A stretch of DNA of 32,000 nucleotides from Halorhodospira halophila SL1 (GCF_000015585.1 NC_008789.1:240001-272000), one strand, 5' to 3'; counted from the stretch's first letter, positions 1 through 8,667 are shown. Made by a program: numbers and translations. Notes: generated by a model not told the origin, from the sequence alone.

Positions 1-1
1 G

Positions 2-154
2 GACAGCGAGCACAACACCGGCACCCGCCTGGCAGCCGCCTACGCCTGGGACGCCGGCGACCATCTGCGGTTATCCGCCGACGCCTTCATCGAACGATCC
101 AGTGAGTGGGACGCCGAGGGCCTCCACGTGAACGCCACCTGGCATTTCCACTGA
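2..154 (+). CDS. 3' end of an upstream gene (partial); possible outer-membrane beta-barrel protein C-terminus
   Basis: Frame 2 is open from the window edge to TGA 152-154: ...TRLAAAYAWDAGDHLRLSADAFIERSSEWDAEGLHVNATWHFH*. It shows an alternating hydrophobic/polar pattern with aromatic residues near the terminus. It is absent from the ORF track because it has no start in the window. It ends 44 nt before the GT2 gene on the same strand. Confidence 0.35.
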   Translation, partial: DSEHNTGTRLAAAYAWDAGDHLRLSADAFIERSSEWDAEGLHVNATWHFH

Positions 155-198
155 CCACGCGCCCCGCCTGCAGCGCCAACGGCCGGAGTCGAGAGCCC

Positions 199-1893
199 AT
201 GGGTCAACGCCGCTTCCTGAACCGCAGCCTGCTGATCATCCTCACCGGCGCCGCCATCCTCAGCGTCTTCACCTACCTGATCGGTCGGACGGCGCTGTTC
301 CTGTTCGCCGACTACCTGTGGTACGAGAAGACCGCGGCCGCATTCCTGCTACTCGCCGAGGCGTTCATCATGGTCCACGCCCTCGGCTACTTCCTGAACA
401 TCTACCACGCCAATCGCACCCGGCCCGTGGACCCCGCAGCGCCCACCGCCGAACGCGAGATCCCCTCCGCCACGGCACCGCGCTTTTCCTACGAGCAGGC
501 CCTGAAGATCCTCCCGACGGAAAACCCGCCAGAACTCGCGGTGGTCGTGGCCGCACACAACGAGCCCCTGTGGCTGATTGAAGAGACCCTGACCTGCTTC
601 TACAACCTGACCTACCCCAACAAGCGGATCTTCCTGCTCGACGATACCCGCTACGACCCATCGGAACAGCGCTCCGCGGAGATGGCCAAGTACCGCCAGG
701 CGATCGAGGACCTGTGCCAGGGCATCGGCGTCCACCTCTTCCGGCGCCCCTGGCGCGGGGCCAAGGCCGGCATGATCAATGACTTCCTGGCCTTCCTCAA
801 CGACCGCGCGCCAGCCGGCTTCGAGTTCACCCGCAGTCCGCTGGATGTCGAGCCCTTCAATATCGAATACGTGGCCGTCTTCGACGCCGATATGAACCCG
901 TTGCCCGAATTCGCCGAACCGCTGATCGCCCAGCTCGAGAGCGAACCGAACCTGGCCTTCATCCAGACACCGCAGTACTACTCCAACTTCGAGACCAACC
1001 GGGTCGCGCGGGCCGCCGGCATGCAGCAGGCGATCTTCTACGAGTACATCTGCGAGGGGAAAAGCTCCCAGGACGCCATGTTCTGCTGCGGTACCAATGT
1101 CATCTTCCGCCGCGCAGCGCTGGAAGACGTCGGCGGCTTCGACGAGACCTCGGTCACCGAGGATTTTGCCACCTCGCTGCGCTTTCACGCACGCGGGTGG
1201 CGCTCCGCCTACATCAACCGGCTCAGTGCGTTCGGGCAGGGTCCGCAGGACCTGGGCGCCTACTTCAAGCAGCAATTCCGCTGGGCGCTGGGCACCGTGG
1301 GGCTGTTCCGCACGGTCCTCCAGGCCATGGTGCGCACGCCGCGCCAGCTTTCGCTGGCCAAGTGGTGGGAGTACTCCCTTTCCGGCACCCACTACTTCGT
1401 CGGCTGGGTGTTCCTGATCATGGTGCTCAGCCCGACCCTCTACCTCCTGCTGGGCGTGCCGAGCTTCTTCGCCCGGGCGGATATCTACCTGCTGTTCTTC
1501 TTCCCCTACATCCTGCTGACGATCACCCTGTTCGCCTTCGCTATGAGTCAGCGCAAGTATCGGCTGCGCGAGCTGGTCACCGGGATCGTCCTTCAGGCCA
1601 CGGCCTTCCCCGTCTATATCAAGGCCAGCCTGCTGGGCATTCTGGGGGTCCGGGGAAGCTTCACGGTCACCCCGAAGGCCGGTAGCAACGGGCTCCCCCT
1701 GCGCGCCCTGTGGCCCCACCTGGCACTGATCGTGCTGTGCACCGCGGCGATCACCTGGGGCGTACTGCGTGGCGTCTTTGAGCAGGAGCCGCTCTGGGCG
1801 CTGGTGGTCAACACCCTCTGGTGCAGCTACCACCTCACGCTGCTGCTGGCTGTCTTCTACTTTAATCATCAACCGCAGGAGCAGACGGCATGA
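199..1893 (+). CDS. Family-2 processive beta-glycosyltransferase (cellulose-synthase-like, membrane-embedded); no fused PilZ domain
   Basis: All processive GT2 motifs are present in order: AAHNEP, LLDDT, FDADMNP (DxD), QTPQYY, CCGTNVIFRR, VTEDFATSLRF (TED), QQFRWALG (QxxRW). Hydrophobic helices flank the catalytic domain, about 2 N-terminal and about 4 C-terminal. I chose ATG 199 rather than GTG 106 because the upstream gene ends at 154 and MGQRRFLNRSLLIIL begins the first TM segment. Confidence 0.85.
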   Translation: MGQRRFLNRSLLIILTGAAILSVFTYLIGRTALFLFADYLWYEKTAAAFLLLAEAFIMVHALGYFLNIYHANRTRPVDPAAPTAEREIPSATAPRFSYEQALKILPTENPPELAVVVAAHNEPLWLIEETLTCFYNLTYPNKRIFLLDDTRYDPSEQRSAEMAKYRQAIEDLCQGIGVHLFRRPWRGAKAGMINDFLAFLNDRAPAGFEFTRSPLDVEPFNIEYVAVFDADMNPLPEFAEPLIAQLESEPNLAFIQTPQYYSNFETNRVARAAGMQQAIFYEYICEGKSSQDAMFCCGTNVIFRRAALEDVGGFDETSVTEDFATSLRFHARGWRSAYINRLSAFGQGPQDLGAYFKQQFRWALGTVGLFRTVLQAMVRTPRQLSLAKWWEYSLSGTHYFVGWVFLIMVLSPTLYLLLGVPSFFARADIYLLFFFPYILLTITLFAFAMSQRKYRLRELVTGIVLQATAFPVYIKASLLGILGVRGSFTVTPKAGSNGLPLRALWPHLALIVLCTAAITWGVLRGVFEQEPLWALVVNTLWCSYHLTLLLAVFYFNHQPQEQTA

Positions 1894-2945
1894 ACCACCG
1901 CCGACTGATCCGCTGGGCCGGCGGCGCCCTGATCTGCGCCCACGGACTGCTCCCCGCCGGACTCCCGGCGGGCAGCGCCCCGCCCCCCGCCGCACCCCCG
2001 GTGGCCTTTGGCGTGGCCCTGGACGGAGCTGCCAGCCGCGAACGCCTGGCCCACCTGGAACAGGCACTGGAGCTCGAGATCGGCCTGGTGGCCATCTTCA
2101 TCCAGTTTCCCGAGGATCCGCGGCACGACAACTTCCCGGCGGAGCAGCTGGACGCCATCCGTCAGGCCGGCGGGCGGCCGGTCCTGACCTGGGAGCCGAT
2201 GTACATCGCCGATGGCGAGGAGCACGCCATCCCCGCCGAGGAGCTGACCGGCGGCGCCTACGACGCCTACATCCGTCGTTTTGCGCGCGGCGTCAAGGCG
2301 TTCCCCGAGCCGGTAATCATCCGCTTTGCCCACGAGATGAACCTCGACCGCTACCACTGGGGCTCCACCGCCGAGGACTACGGCCCATCGGCCCCGACGC
2401 GGTATCGGGCGATGTTCCGGCACGTGGTGGAGATCTTCCGCGACGAGGGGGCAGCGGAGCACGCCCGCTTCGCCTTCAACCCCAACGCCGAGTCGGTCCC
2501 CTCGCCCGACCGCGACCCGGACGCCGACTGGAACCGGCCGGAGGCGTACTACCCCGGCGACGCCTACGTCGACGTCCTGGGCATGGACGGCTACAACTGG
2601 GGCACCACCCGGACCCGCGAGGAACACGGCTGGGACAGCCGCTTCCAGTCCTTCCAGACGATCTTCGAGCCGCTCTACCGCACCCTGCGGGATCTCGCCC
2701 CCGACAAACCCATCTACGTCTTCGAGACCGCCACCGTCACCGACGGGGGCGACAAGGCGGCCTGGATCGAGCAGGCCGCCGCGTCCGCCGTGGCCTGGGA
2801 GCTGGCCGGGCTGGTCTGGTTCCATAACGACAAGGAAGAGAACTGGCGGCTGGATACCGGTGTCACCCCGGAGGACCTTGAACCGCTGCGGCGGATGATC
2901 ACCGACCCCGAGGCCCTGCTGGAGGGACGATCCCGTGGTGACTGA
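1890..2945 (+). CDS. Glycoside hydrolase family 26-like (beta-mannanase / beta-1,3-1,4-glucanase family), probably exported
   Basis: IIRFAHEMNLDRYHWG matches the GH26 acid/base Glu motif. IYVFETATV matches the nucleophile Glu motif, and MDGYNWG is also present. There is an N-terminal hydrophobic segment (GGALICAHGLLPAGL). The ATG at 1890 overlaps the GT2 stop (ATGA, 1890-1893). Confidence 0.8.
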   Translation: MNHRRLIRWAGGALICAHGLLPAGLPAGSAPPPAAPPVAFGVALDGAASRERLAHLEQALELEIGLVAIFIQFPEDPRHDNFPAEQLDAIRQAGGRPVLTWEPMYIADGEEHAIPAEELTGGAYDAYIRRFARGVKAFPEPVIIRFAHEMNLDRYHWGSTAEDYGPSAPTRYRAMFRHVVEIFRDEGAAEHARFAFNPNAESVPSPDRDPDADWNRPEAYYPGDAYVDVLGMDGYNWGTTRTREEHGWDSRFQSFQTIFEPLYRTLRDLAPDKPIYVFETATVTDGGDKAAWIEQAAASAVAWELAGLVWFHNDKEENWRLDTGVTPEDLEPLRRMITDPEALLEGRSRGD

Positions 2946-3765
2946 CAGCGCCCCAACCGTCAACGACACCCGGCGCGAGCTGCGCCGGCCGGTGGCATCC
3001 ATCGCCCTGCCGTTCCTCGGATCCCGCGGCGAGGCCCTGCAGCCGTTCCAGTACCTGCTAAGCGATGTCAGTAGCGACGGCCTGGGGATCTTCCTGCCCG
3101 ACTGGCTAGCCAACCGGGAACGCCTTTGGGAGGGGGACCGGATCTTTTTCCATATCCCCTTTCGCTTCGGGGAGCGCGTCCTCAACCGCGGCCATGTCGC
3201 CTGGCAGCAGTGGTCCAGCGACGAGGGCGGCCAGAGGGTCGGCGCCACGCTGACCAGCGGCTCGCCCTTGCCCTACCCGCTCTACATCGCCGTGGACGAG
3301 CGCGAGATCCGCATCGACCTCGGGCGCTTCGTGACCTCCGAGGCGCTGGCGCAACGGATCATCCACGACTCGGTGCTGCTCAAGCGCGGCGTCCTGATCT
3401 ACCTCCGCCACCTCGAGGCACTGTTCTCCCGGGTCAGCGATCTGCGCCGCGAGGACTACCGGGTCTTCCGCGAGGAGATCATCGGCGACGTGCGCCAACG
3501 ACTGCAGCACAGCGTGGCCTACCTCGAGCAGTTCGATCCCCGGATCGCCGGACAGCCGGCCCCTGCCTCACCGATCACCGAGGCGATCGACCTGGACGAG
3601 TTTCGTGCCGCCATGGAGCCGGAACTGCCGCTGGAGCTCTTCCACCACGCCCTCGGCGCGGAGAGCACGAGCCTCTACCTCGAGTCGATCAAAAAGCTCG
3701 AGCACCGCCTCTATCTCAACCACAACGCCTACGTGATGCTCTACATCGCCGCGCTAGCACCGTAG
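2935..3765 (+). CDS. Stand-alone PilZ-domain protein (predicted c-di-GMP receptor) with an uncharacterised C-terminal helical region
   Basis: RRELRR (RxxxR, nt 2971-2988) is followed 26 aa later by DVSSDG (DxSxxG, nt 3064-3081), the two PilZ c-di-GMP-binding motifs at normal spacing. GTG 2935 (or GTG 2938) overlaps the GH26 stop at 2943-2945. Residues from about 120 to 276 carry no motif I recognise. Confidence 0.7.
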   Translation: MVTDSAPTVNDTRRELRRPVASIALPFLGSRGEALQPFQYLLSDVSSDGLGIFLPDWLANRERLWEGDRIFFHIPFRFGERVLNRGHVAWQQWSSDEGGQRVGATLTSGSPLPYPLYIAVDEREIRIDLGRFVTSEALAQRIIHDSVLLKRGVLIYLRHLEALFSRVSDLRREDYRVFREEIIGDVRQRLQHSVAYLEQFDPRIAGQPAPASPITEAIDLDEFRAAMEPELPLELFHHALGAESTSLYLESIKKLEHRLYLNHNAYVMLYIAALAP

Positions 3766-3785
3766 CCAACCCGTGGCGCCCCCGC

Positions 3786-4814
3786 CTAGGCGGGCTGCCC
3801 GGCGTGGCGGGCGGCGGCTCGCACGGCCTCCTGGACCAGGCCGGGACCGCGGTAGATCATGCCGGTATAGAGCTGGACCAGATCCGCACCGAGATCGAGG
3901 CGCCGGGTCACGTCCTCACCGCTCATGATCCCCCCGGCAGCGATCAGGGCCGTCCGCCGATCACGGCGGGCCGCCACCTGCTCCAGGACCCACTCGGCCT
4001 GCTCCCGCAACGGCGCACCGCTGAGCCCCCCACTCTCGCGGGCCTGGGGGGTCTGCTCCACCCCGGTGCGCCCGAGGGTGGTGTTGGTGGCGACGATGCC
4101 GTCCACCCGGCGTTCGAGCAGGATATCCAGGGTGGCGTCCAGCTCCCCGGCCTCCCAGTCCGGGGCGATCTTGACCACCAGCGGCACCCGTTTGTCGTGC
4201 AGCTCGGCCAACCGCTTGCGCTCGGTCTGCAGGCGGTCGATCAGGTTGCGCAGCGCGCCCTCGTGCTGCAGGTCGCGCAGCCCCGGGGTGTTCGGCGAGC
4301 TGAGGTTGACCGCCACATAGTCGGCCACCCCGTAAACCATCCCCAGCGCCTGGGCGTAGTCTTCGACGGCCCGCTCGGGGGGTGTATCCCGATTCTTGCC
4401 GATGTTGATACCCACCACACCGCGGTGGCGCGAGACCTCCAGCCGGCGGACCAGCGGCTCGGCCCCCTGGTTGTTGAAACCCATGCGGTTGATCAGGGCC
4501 TCGTGCTCGGGGATGCGGAAGACCCGCGGCTGCGGATTACCCGGTTGCGCGCGGGGCGTTACCGTGCCCAACTCCAGGAAGCCAAAGCCGAGCTGCTCGA
4601 GTACGTCCATGTACTCGCCATCCTTATCAAAGCCGGCGGCCAGGCCCACCGGATTGGGGAAATCGATACCCATCACCCGCCGCGGCACGGCCGGCAGGCT
4701 GCGCACCCCGGGGACGGCGGCGATACGCAGACCCAAGCGGGCGAGCTGCATACTCACGCGATGGGCTTGTTCGGGCTCGAGGCGGAACAGCAGTTGGCGG
4801 ATCAGGGCGTACAT
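3786..4814 (-). CDS. pyrD: Dihydroorotate dehydrogenase (quinone), class 2
   Basis: MYALIRQLLFRLEPEQAH is a typical PyrD N-terminus. Also present: GFLELGTVTPRAQPGNPQPRVFR, NIGKN, SSPNTPGLR, and GGIMSGED near the C-terminus. The start was moved to ATG 4814; the maximal ORF runs to 4868. Confidence 0.95.
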   Translation of the reverse strand: MYALIRQLLFRLEPEQAHRVSMQLARLGLRIAAVPGVRSLPAVPRRVMGIDFPNPVGLAAGFDKDGEYMDVLEQLGFGFLELGTVTPRAQPGNPQPRVFRIPEHEALINRMGFNNQGAEPLVRRLEVSRHRGVVGINIGKNRDTPPERAVEDYAQALGMVYGVADYVAVNLSSPNTPGLRDLQHEGALRNLIDRLQTERKRLAELHDKRVPLVVKIAPDWEAGELDATLDILLERRVDGIVATNTTLGRTGVEQTPQARESGGLSGAPLREQAEWVLEQVAARRDRRTALIAAGGIMSGEDVTRRLDLGADLVQLYTGMIYRGPGLVQEAVRAAARHAGQPA

Positions 4815-4915
4815 CGGGCTCCTCGCAGCAGGCGGTCGACCGTGTGGCGGCGCTATCTTACACTGCACACCATGCCCTGTGAGGGGCCCCGATCATCCTG
4901 GAAGAACCCAAGACC

Positions 4916-6103
4916 ATGCCACGCCCCCCCCGCTGGCCGATCCTCATGGCGGTGTGCCTGACCGCCCCCGCCCTCGCCGACGACTTCGAGCAATGCGTCA
5001 GCAGTCTTCGTGACGACCTCAAGGAGCAGGGCCGCGACGCGGCCGTGGTCGAGGAAACCTTCGCCGGGGTCGAGCAGCTCGAGCGCATCCTCGAGCTCGA
5101 CCGCGAGCAGCCGGAGTTCGTACAGACCTTCCGCGACTACCTCGACGCCCGGCTCACCGAGGAGCGCGTCGACCGCGGCCGGGAGATGATGGCCGAACAC
5201 CGCGAGCTGCTCTGGCAGATCCACGACGATTTCGGCGTCCCGCCGCGCTACCTGGTGGCCCTGTGGGGCATGGAGACCCACTACGGCAGCTACTTCGGCG
5301 AGGTGCCGATCATCGACGCCATGACCACCCTCGCCTGCGAGGGCCGTCGGGCGCGCTTCTTCTTCCACCAGCTGGACGCCACGGTGGCCCTCCTCGAAGA
5401 CGGCAAGCTCGAGCGCGACGGCCTGCGCGGCTCCTGGGCCGGCGCCCTGGGGCACACCCAGTTCATGCCCGCCACCCTGCGCGAGCACGCTGTGGACTAC
5501 GACGGCTCGGGGCGCATCGATCTACGCGACAGCGTGGCCGATGCCCTAGCCTCCGGGGCCAACTACCTGCGCGCCATGGGCTGGCAGCCGGGCCTGCGCT
5601 GGGGCCGTGAAGTCCGCCTTGAAGACGACTTCGATTTCGATCACCTGGGCCTGGACGACCCCCGGGCGCTGGACGAGTGGCAGCAGCTGGGCGTGCGCCG
5701 GGCGGACGGCTCCGATCTGCCTCAGAGCGATATCCAGGCCGCGCTGCTGCTACCCATGGGCCGCAACGGCCCGGCGTTCCTGGTCTACGAGAACTTCCGC
5801 CGGATCATGGGCTGGAACGCCTCGGTCTCCTACGCGCTCTCCGTGGGGCTGCTGGCCGACCGGCTCGACGGCGCCCCGCCGCTTCGCGCGGGCTTCCCCG
5901 ATGACCCGGCCCCGCGCCGCAGCGAGCTGCGCCAGGCCCAGGAGGTACTCAACGAGCTGGGCTTCGACGCCGGCACCCCCGACGGCCTGCTGGGGCCACG
6001 GACCCGCGCAGCGCTGCGCGCCTACCAGCAGGACCAGGGGCTACCGGCCGACGGCTATCCGGACCCAAAGATCCTCGAACGACTCCAGGAGAAGGCGGAA
6101 TGA
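4916..6103 (+). CDS. Lytic murein transglycosylase (MltB/Slt35-like, soluble) with a C-terminal peptidoglycan-binding domain
   Basis: Signal peptide MPRPPRWPILMAVCLTAPALA|DD. Motifs WGMETHYG and GALGHTQFMP are typical of the SLT_2 family. The C-terminal LNELGFDAGTPDGLLGPRTRAALRAYQQDQGLPADGYPD is a PG_binding_1-type repeat. Confidence 0.85.
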   Translation: MPRPPRWPILMAVCLTAPALADDFEQCVSSLRDDLKEQGRDAAVVEETFAGVEQLERILELDREQPEFVQTFRDYLDARLTEERVDRGREMMAEHRELLWQIHDDFGVPPRYLVALWGMETHYGSYFGEVPIIDAMTTLACEGRRARFFFHQLDATVALLEDGKLERDGLRGSWAGALGHTQFMPATLREHAVDYDGSGRIDLRDSVADALASGANYLRAMGWQPGLRWGREVRLEDDFDFDHLGLDDPRALDEWQQLGVRRADGSDLPQSDIQAALLLPMGRNGPAFLVYENFRRIMGWNASVSYALSVGLLADRLDGAPPLRAGFPDDPAPRRSELRQAQEVLNELGFDAGTPDGLLGPRTRAALRAYQQDQGLPADGYPDPKILERLQEKAE

Positions 6104-6110
6104 GCGGCGG

Positions 6111-6467
6111 TCACCCCTCGCGGGTGTCGGGACCGAGTTCCTCGACCAGCGCGCTCAGGTAGGCGGCGATATCCCCCGACTCGTAGAGCCACTGCCCGGC
6201 ACCGCCATCGGGGATGTACAGGCAGGGCACCATGCGCTTGCCGCCCTGCTCTTCGAGTTCGCGGGCCGCCTGGGGATCCTGGCCGATGTCCCGGCGCTCC
6301 AGGTCGATCCCGAGGCTGCGCAGGGTGAGATTGACGCGCATGCAGAACGGGCACCACGGCCGCTCGTAGAGCACCAACCCCTCGACCGCGCGGTCGATGC
6401 GGCGCTGCAGGCGGCGCTGCTCGCCGGGATCCTCGCTGGGGCTCGCTGCGGGGCGCTCATCGCTCAT
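6111..6467 (-). CDS. Glutaredoxin-family thiol-disulfide protein
   Basis: LYERPWCPFCMRV carries a CPFC redox motif in a thioredoxin-fold context, followed by KRMVPCLYIP. It converges on the transglycosylase gene with a 7-nt gap. Confidence 0.7.
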   Translation of the reverse strand: MSDERPAASPSEDPGEQRRLQRRIDRAVEGLVLYERPWCPFCMRVNLTLRSLGIDLERRDIGQDPQAARELEEQGGKRMVPCLYIPDGGAGQWLYESGDIAAYLSALVEELGPDTREG

Positions 6468-6562
6468 GATCGTCGCTCCTCGATGGTGACTACGATATAC
6501 ATTCGCAGGATGTCATAAAACCGAAAGACCGCCCAGGGGGCGATTCTGCTACCGTAGGAACG

Positions 6563-8647
6563 ATGCACGAGCCGACCGACCTCAAACAGCCCAGCCTCTA
6601 CAACAACCGCCTGCTCAGCCTCCTCGAGTTCAACCGGCGGGTCCTGGAACAGGCCAAGGACCCGTCGGTCCCGCTGCTCGAGCGGCTGAAGTTCCTCTGC
6701 ATCCTCAGCACCAACATGGACGAGTTCTTCGAGATCCGTCTAGCCAGTGTCAAGCAGCAGGCGGAACTCGGCTCGGTGCAGACCGAAGCCGACGGCCGCA
6801 GCCCCCAGGAGGTGCTGCGGGCCACCGGCGCCGTCGCCCACGAGATCGTCCACGAGCAGTACCGGGTACTCAATGAGCAGCTGATCCCGGCGCTGGCCGA
6901 GCAGTCGATCCAGTTCGTACGCCGCCAGGAGTGGAGCGAGGCACAGCGCGACTGGCTGCGCAACTACTTCGAGACCGAACTGCTGCCCGTGCTCAGCCCC
7001 CTCGGCCTGGATCCGGCGCACCCCTTCCCCAAGGTGCTCAACAAGAGCCTGAACTTCATCGTCTCACTCGAGGGCAAGGACGCCTTCGGGCGCAACTCCG
7101 GGTACGCCATCGTCCAGGCGCCGCGCGCCCTGCCGCGGGTCATCCAGCTCCCCGCGGCGGAGATCGACGGCGGCGGCCCCAACGACTTCGTCTTCCTCTC
7201 CTCGGTCATCCACGCCTTCGTCAACGACCTCTTCCCGGGCATGACGGTGCGCGGCTGCTACCAGTTCCGCGTCACCCGCAACGGGGATCTGTTCGTCGAC
7301 GAGGAAGAGGTCGACGACCTGATGCGCGCCCTCGAGGGCGAGCTCTCGCAACGGCGCTACGGCCAGGCGGTGCGCCTGGAGGTGGCCGCCAACTGCCCCG
7401 ACGCCATGGCCGACTTCCTGCTTGAGGAGTTCGAGCTCGGCCGCGACGACCTCTACCAGGTCGACGGCCCGGTCAACCTCAACCGCCTGATGGCGGTCTA
7501 CGACCTGGTGGACCGCACCGACCTCAAGTATCCTTCGTTCACGCCGGGGCTGCCGCCAGCGCTGACCACCGGCGCGGACCTGTTCAAGGCGATCCGCCAG
7601 CGCGACATCCTCCTGCACCACCCGTTCCAGTCCTTCCTGCCGGTGATCGACCTGGTCCGCCAGGCCGCCCAGGACCCCAACGTGCTGGCCATCAAGCAGA
7701 CCCTCTACCGCACCGGACCGGACTCGGCCATCGTCGACAACCTGGTCCAGGCCGCCCGCGCCGGCAAGGAGGTCACGGTGGTGGTGGAGCTGCGGGCGCG
7801 CTTCGACGAGCAGGAGAACATCCGCCTGGCCAACCGGCTGCAGGAGGCCGGCGCCCACGTGGTCTACGGCGTGGTGGGCTACAAGACCCACGGCAAGATG
7901 ATGCTCATCGTCCGCCGTGAGGGCGGCCGGCTGTGCAACTACGTCCACCTCGGGACCGGCAATTACCACTCGCGAACGGCGCGGCTGTACACCGACTACG
8001 GGCTGATGACGGCCGACCGTCGCATCAGCGAGGACGTGCGCAGCATCTTCCTGCAGCTGACCAGCCTCGGGCGGTCCAAGGATCTGCACCGGCTGCTGCA
8101 GGCGCCCTTCACCCTCCACGAGGCGGTGATCGCCCGCATCGAGCGCGAGGCCGAACACGCCGCCAACGGCCGCGGCGGGCGGATCATCGCCAAGGTCAAC
8201 GCGCTCACCGAACCCCGGGCCATCCAGGCACTCTACCGCGCCTCCCAGGCCGGGGTCGAAATCGACCTGATCGTCCGCGGCATGTGCGTCCTGCGCCCCG
8301 GCCTGCCCGGCGTCTCCGAGACCATCCGCGTGCGCTCGATCATTGGCCGCTTCCTCGAGCACACCCGGGTCTTCTACTTCGAGAACGCCGGCGAGCCGGA
8401 GATGTACGGCGCCAGCGCCGACTGGATGGGCCGTAACTTCTTCCGCCGGGTGGAGACGGCCTTCCCGGTGGACGACCGCGAGGCCCGGGAGCGCATCGGC
8501 AAGGATCTGTCCTACTACCTGGCCGATACCCAGCAGGCGTGGCTGCTCCAGCCGGACGGCTCCTACGTGCGCGCCCGCTCGGGGAGCGAAGAGGCCCCGT
8601 TCAGTGCCCAGCAGGCCCTGCTCGAGCGCCTGGCCGAGGACGCCTGA
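6563..8647 (+). CDS. ppk: Polyphosphate kinase 1
   Basis: Full-length PPK1 pattern: YNNRLLSLLEFNRRVLEQA, LKFLCILSTNMDEFFEIR, KQTLYRTGPDSAIVDNLVQAARAGKEVTVVVELRARFDEQENI, GYKTHGKMMLIVRR (phospho-His region), HLGTGNYH, IIGRFLEHTRVFYF. Confidence 0.97.
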   Translation: MHEPTDLKQPSLYNNRLLSLLEFNRRVLEQAKDPSVPLLERLKFLCILSTNMDEFFEIRLASVKQQAELGSVQTEADGRSPQEVLRATGAVAHEIVHEQYRVLNEQLIPALAEQSIQFVRRQEWSEAQRDWLRNYFETELLPVLSPLGLDPAHPFPKVLNKSLNFIVSLEGKDAFGRNSGYAIVQAPRALPRVIQLPAAEIDGGGPNDFVFLSSVIHAFVNDLFPGMTVRGCYQFRVTRNGDLFVDEEEVDDLMRALEGELSQRRYGQAVRLEVAANCPDAMADFLLEEFELGRDDLYQVDGPVNLNRLMAVYDLVDRTDLKYPSFTPGLPPALTTGADLFKAIRQRDILLHHPFQSFLPVIDLVRQAAQDPNVLAIKQTLYRTGPDSAIVDNLVQAARAGKEVTVVVELRARFDEQENIRLANRLQEAGAHVVYGVVGYKTHGKMMLIVRREGGRLCNYVHLGTGNYHSRTARLYTDYGLMTADRRISEDVRSIFLQLTSLGRSKDLHRLLQAPFTLHEAVIARIEREAEHAANGRGGRIIAKVNALTEPRAIQALYRASQAGVEIDLIVRGMCVLRPGLPGVSETIRVRSIIGRFLEHTRVFYFENAGEPEMYGASADWMGRNFFRRVETAFPVDDREARERIGKDLSYYLADTQQAWLLQPDGSYVRARSGSEEAPFSAQQALLERLAEDA

Positions 8648-8667
8648 CGAGCAGCCCCGCGCGCCCC

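Noticed and set aside
349-3248. Long minus-strand ORFs (349-2067, 572 aa; 1869-3248, 459 aa) opposite the GT2 and GH26 genes
   Set aside because: They are Arg/Gly/Pro/Ala-rich low-complexity translations with no recognisable motif. They lie exactly antisense to genes with complete family motifs. This is the typical stop-codon-poor shadow frame of high-GC DNA.
3781-3794. Palindrome CCCGCCTAGGCGGG between the PilZ gene and pyrD as a bidirectional terminator
   Set aside because: A 6-bp stem with a 2-nt loop is sterically implausible, and there is no T run on either side. It also overlaps the pyrD stop codon.
6509-6530. Possible Pho box upstream of ppk (ATGTCATAAAAC...)
   Set aside because: Only one half-site resembles CTGTCAT, and the second half 11 bp away (CGAAAGA) does not match. 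This is insufficient.
8648-8667. Tail-to-tail ppk/ppx with only 20 nt and no terminator hairpin
   Set aside because: Convergent ppk-ppx is a known arrangement in pseudomonads and relatives, so it is not novel on its own.
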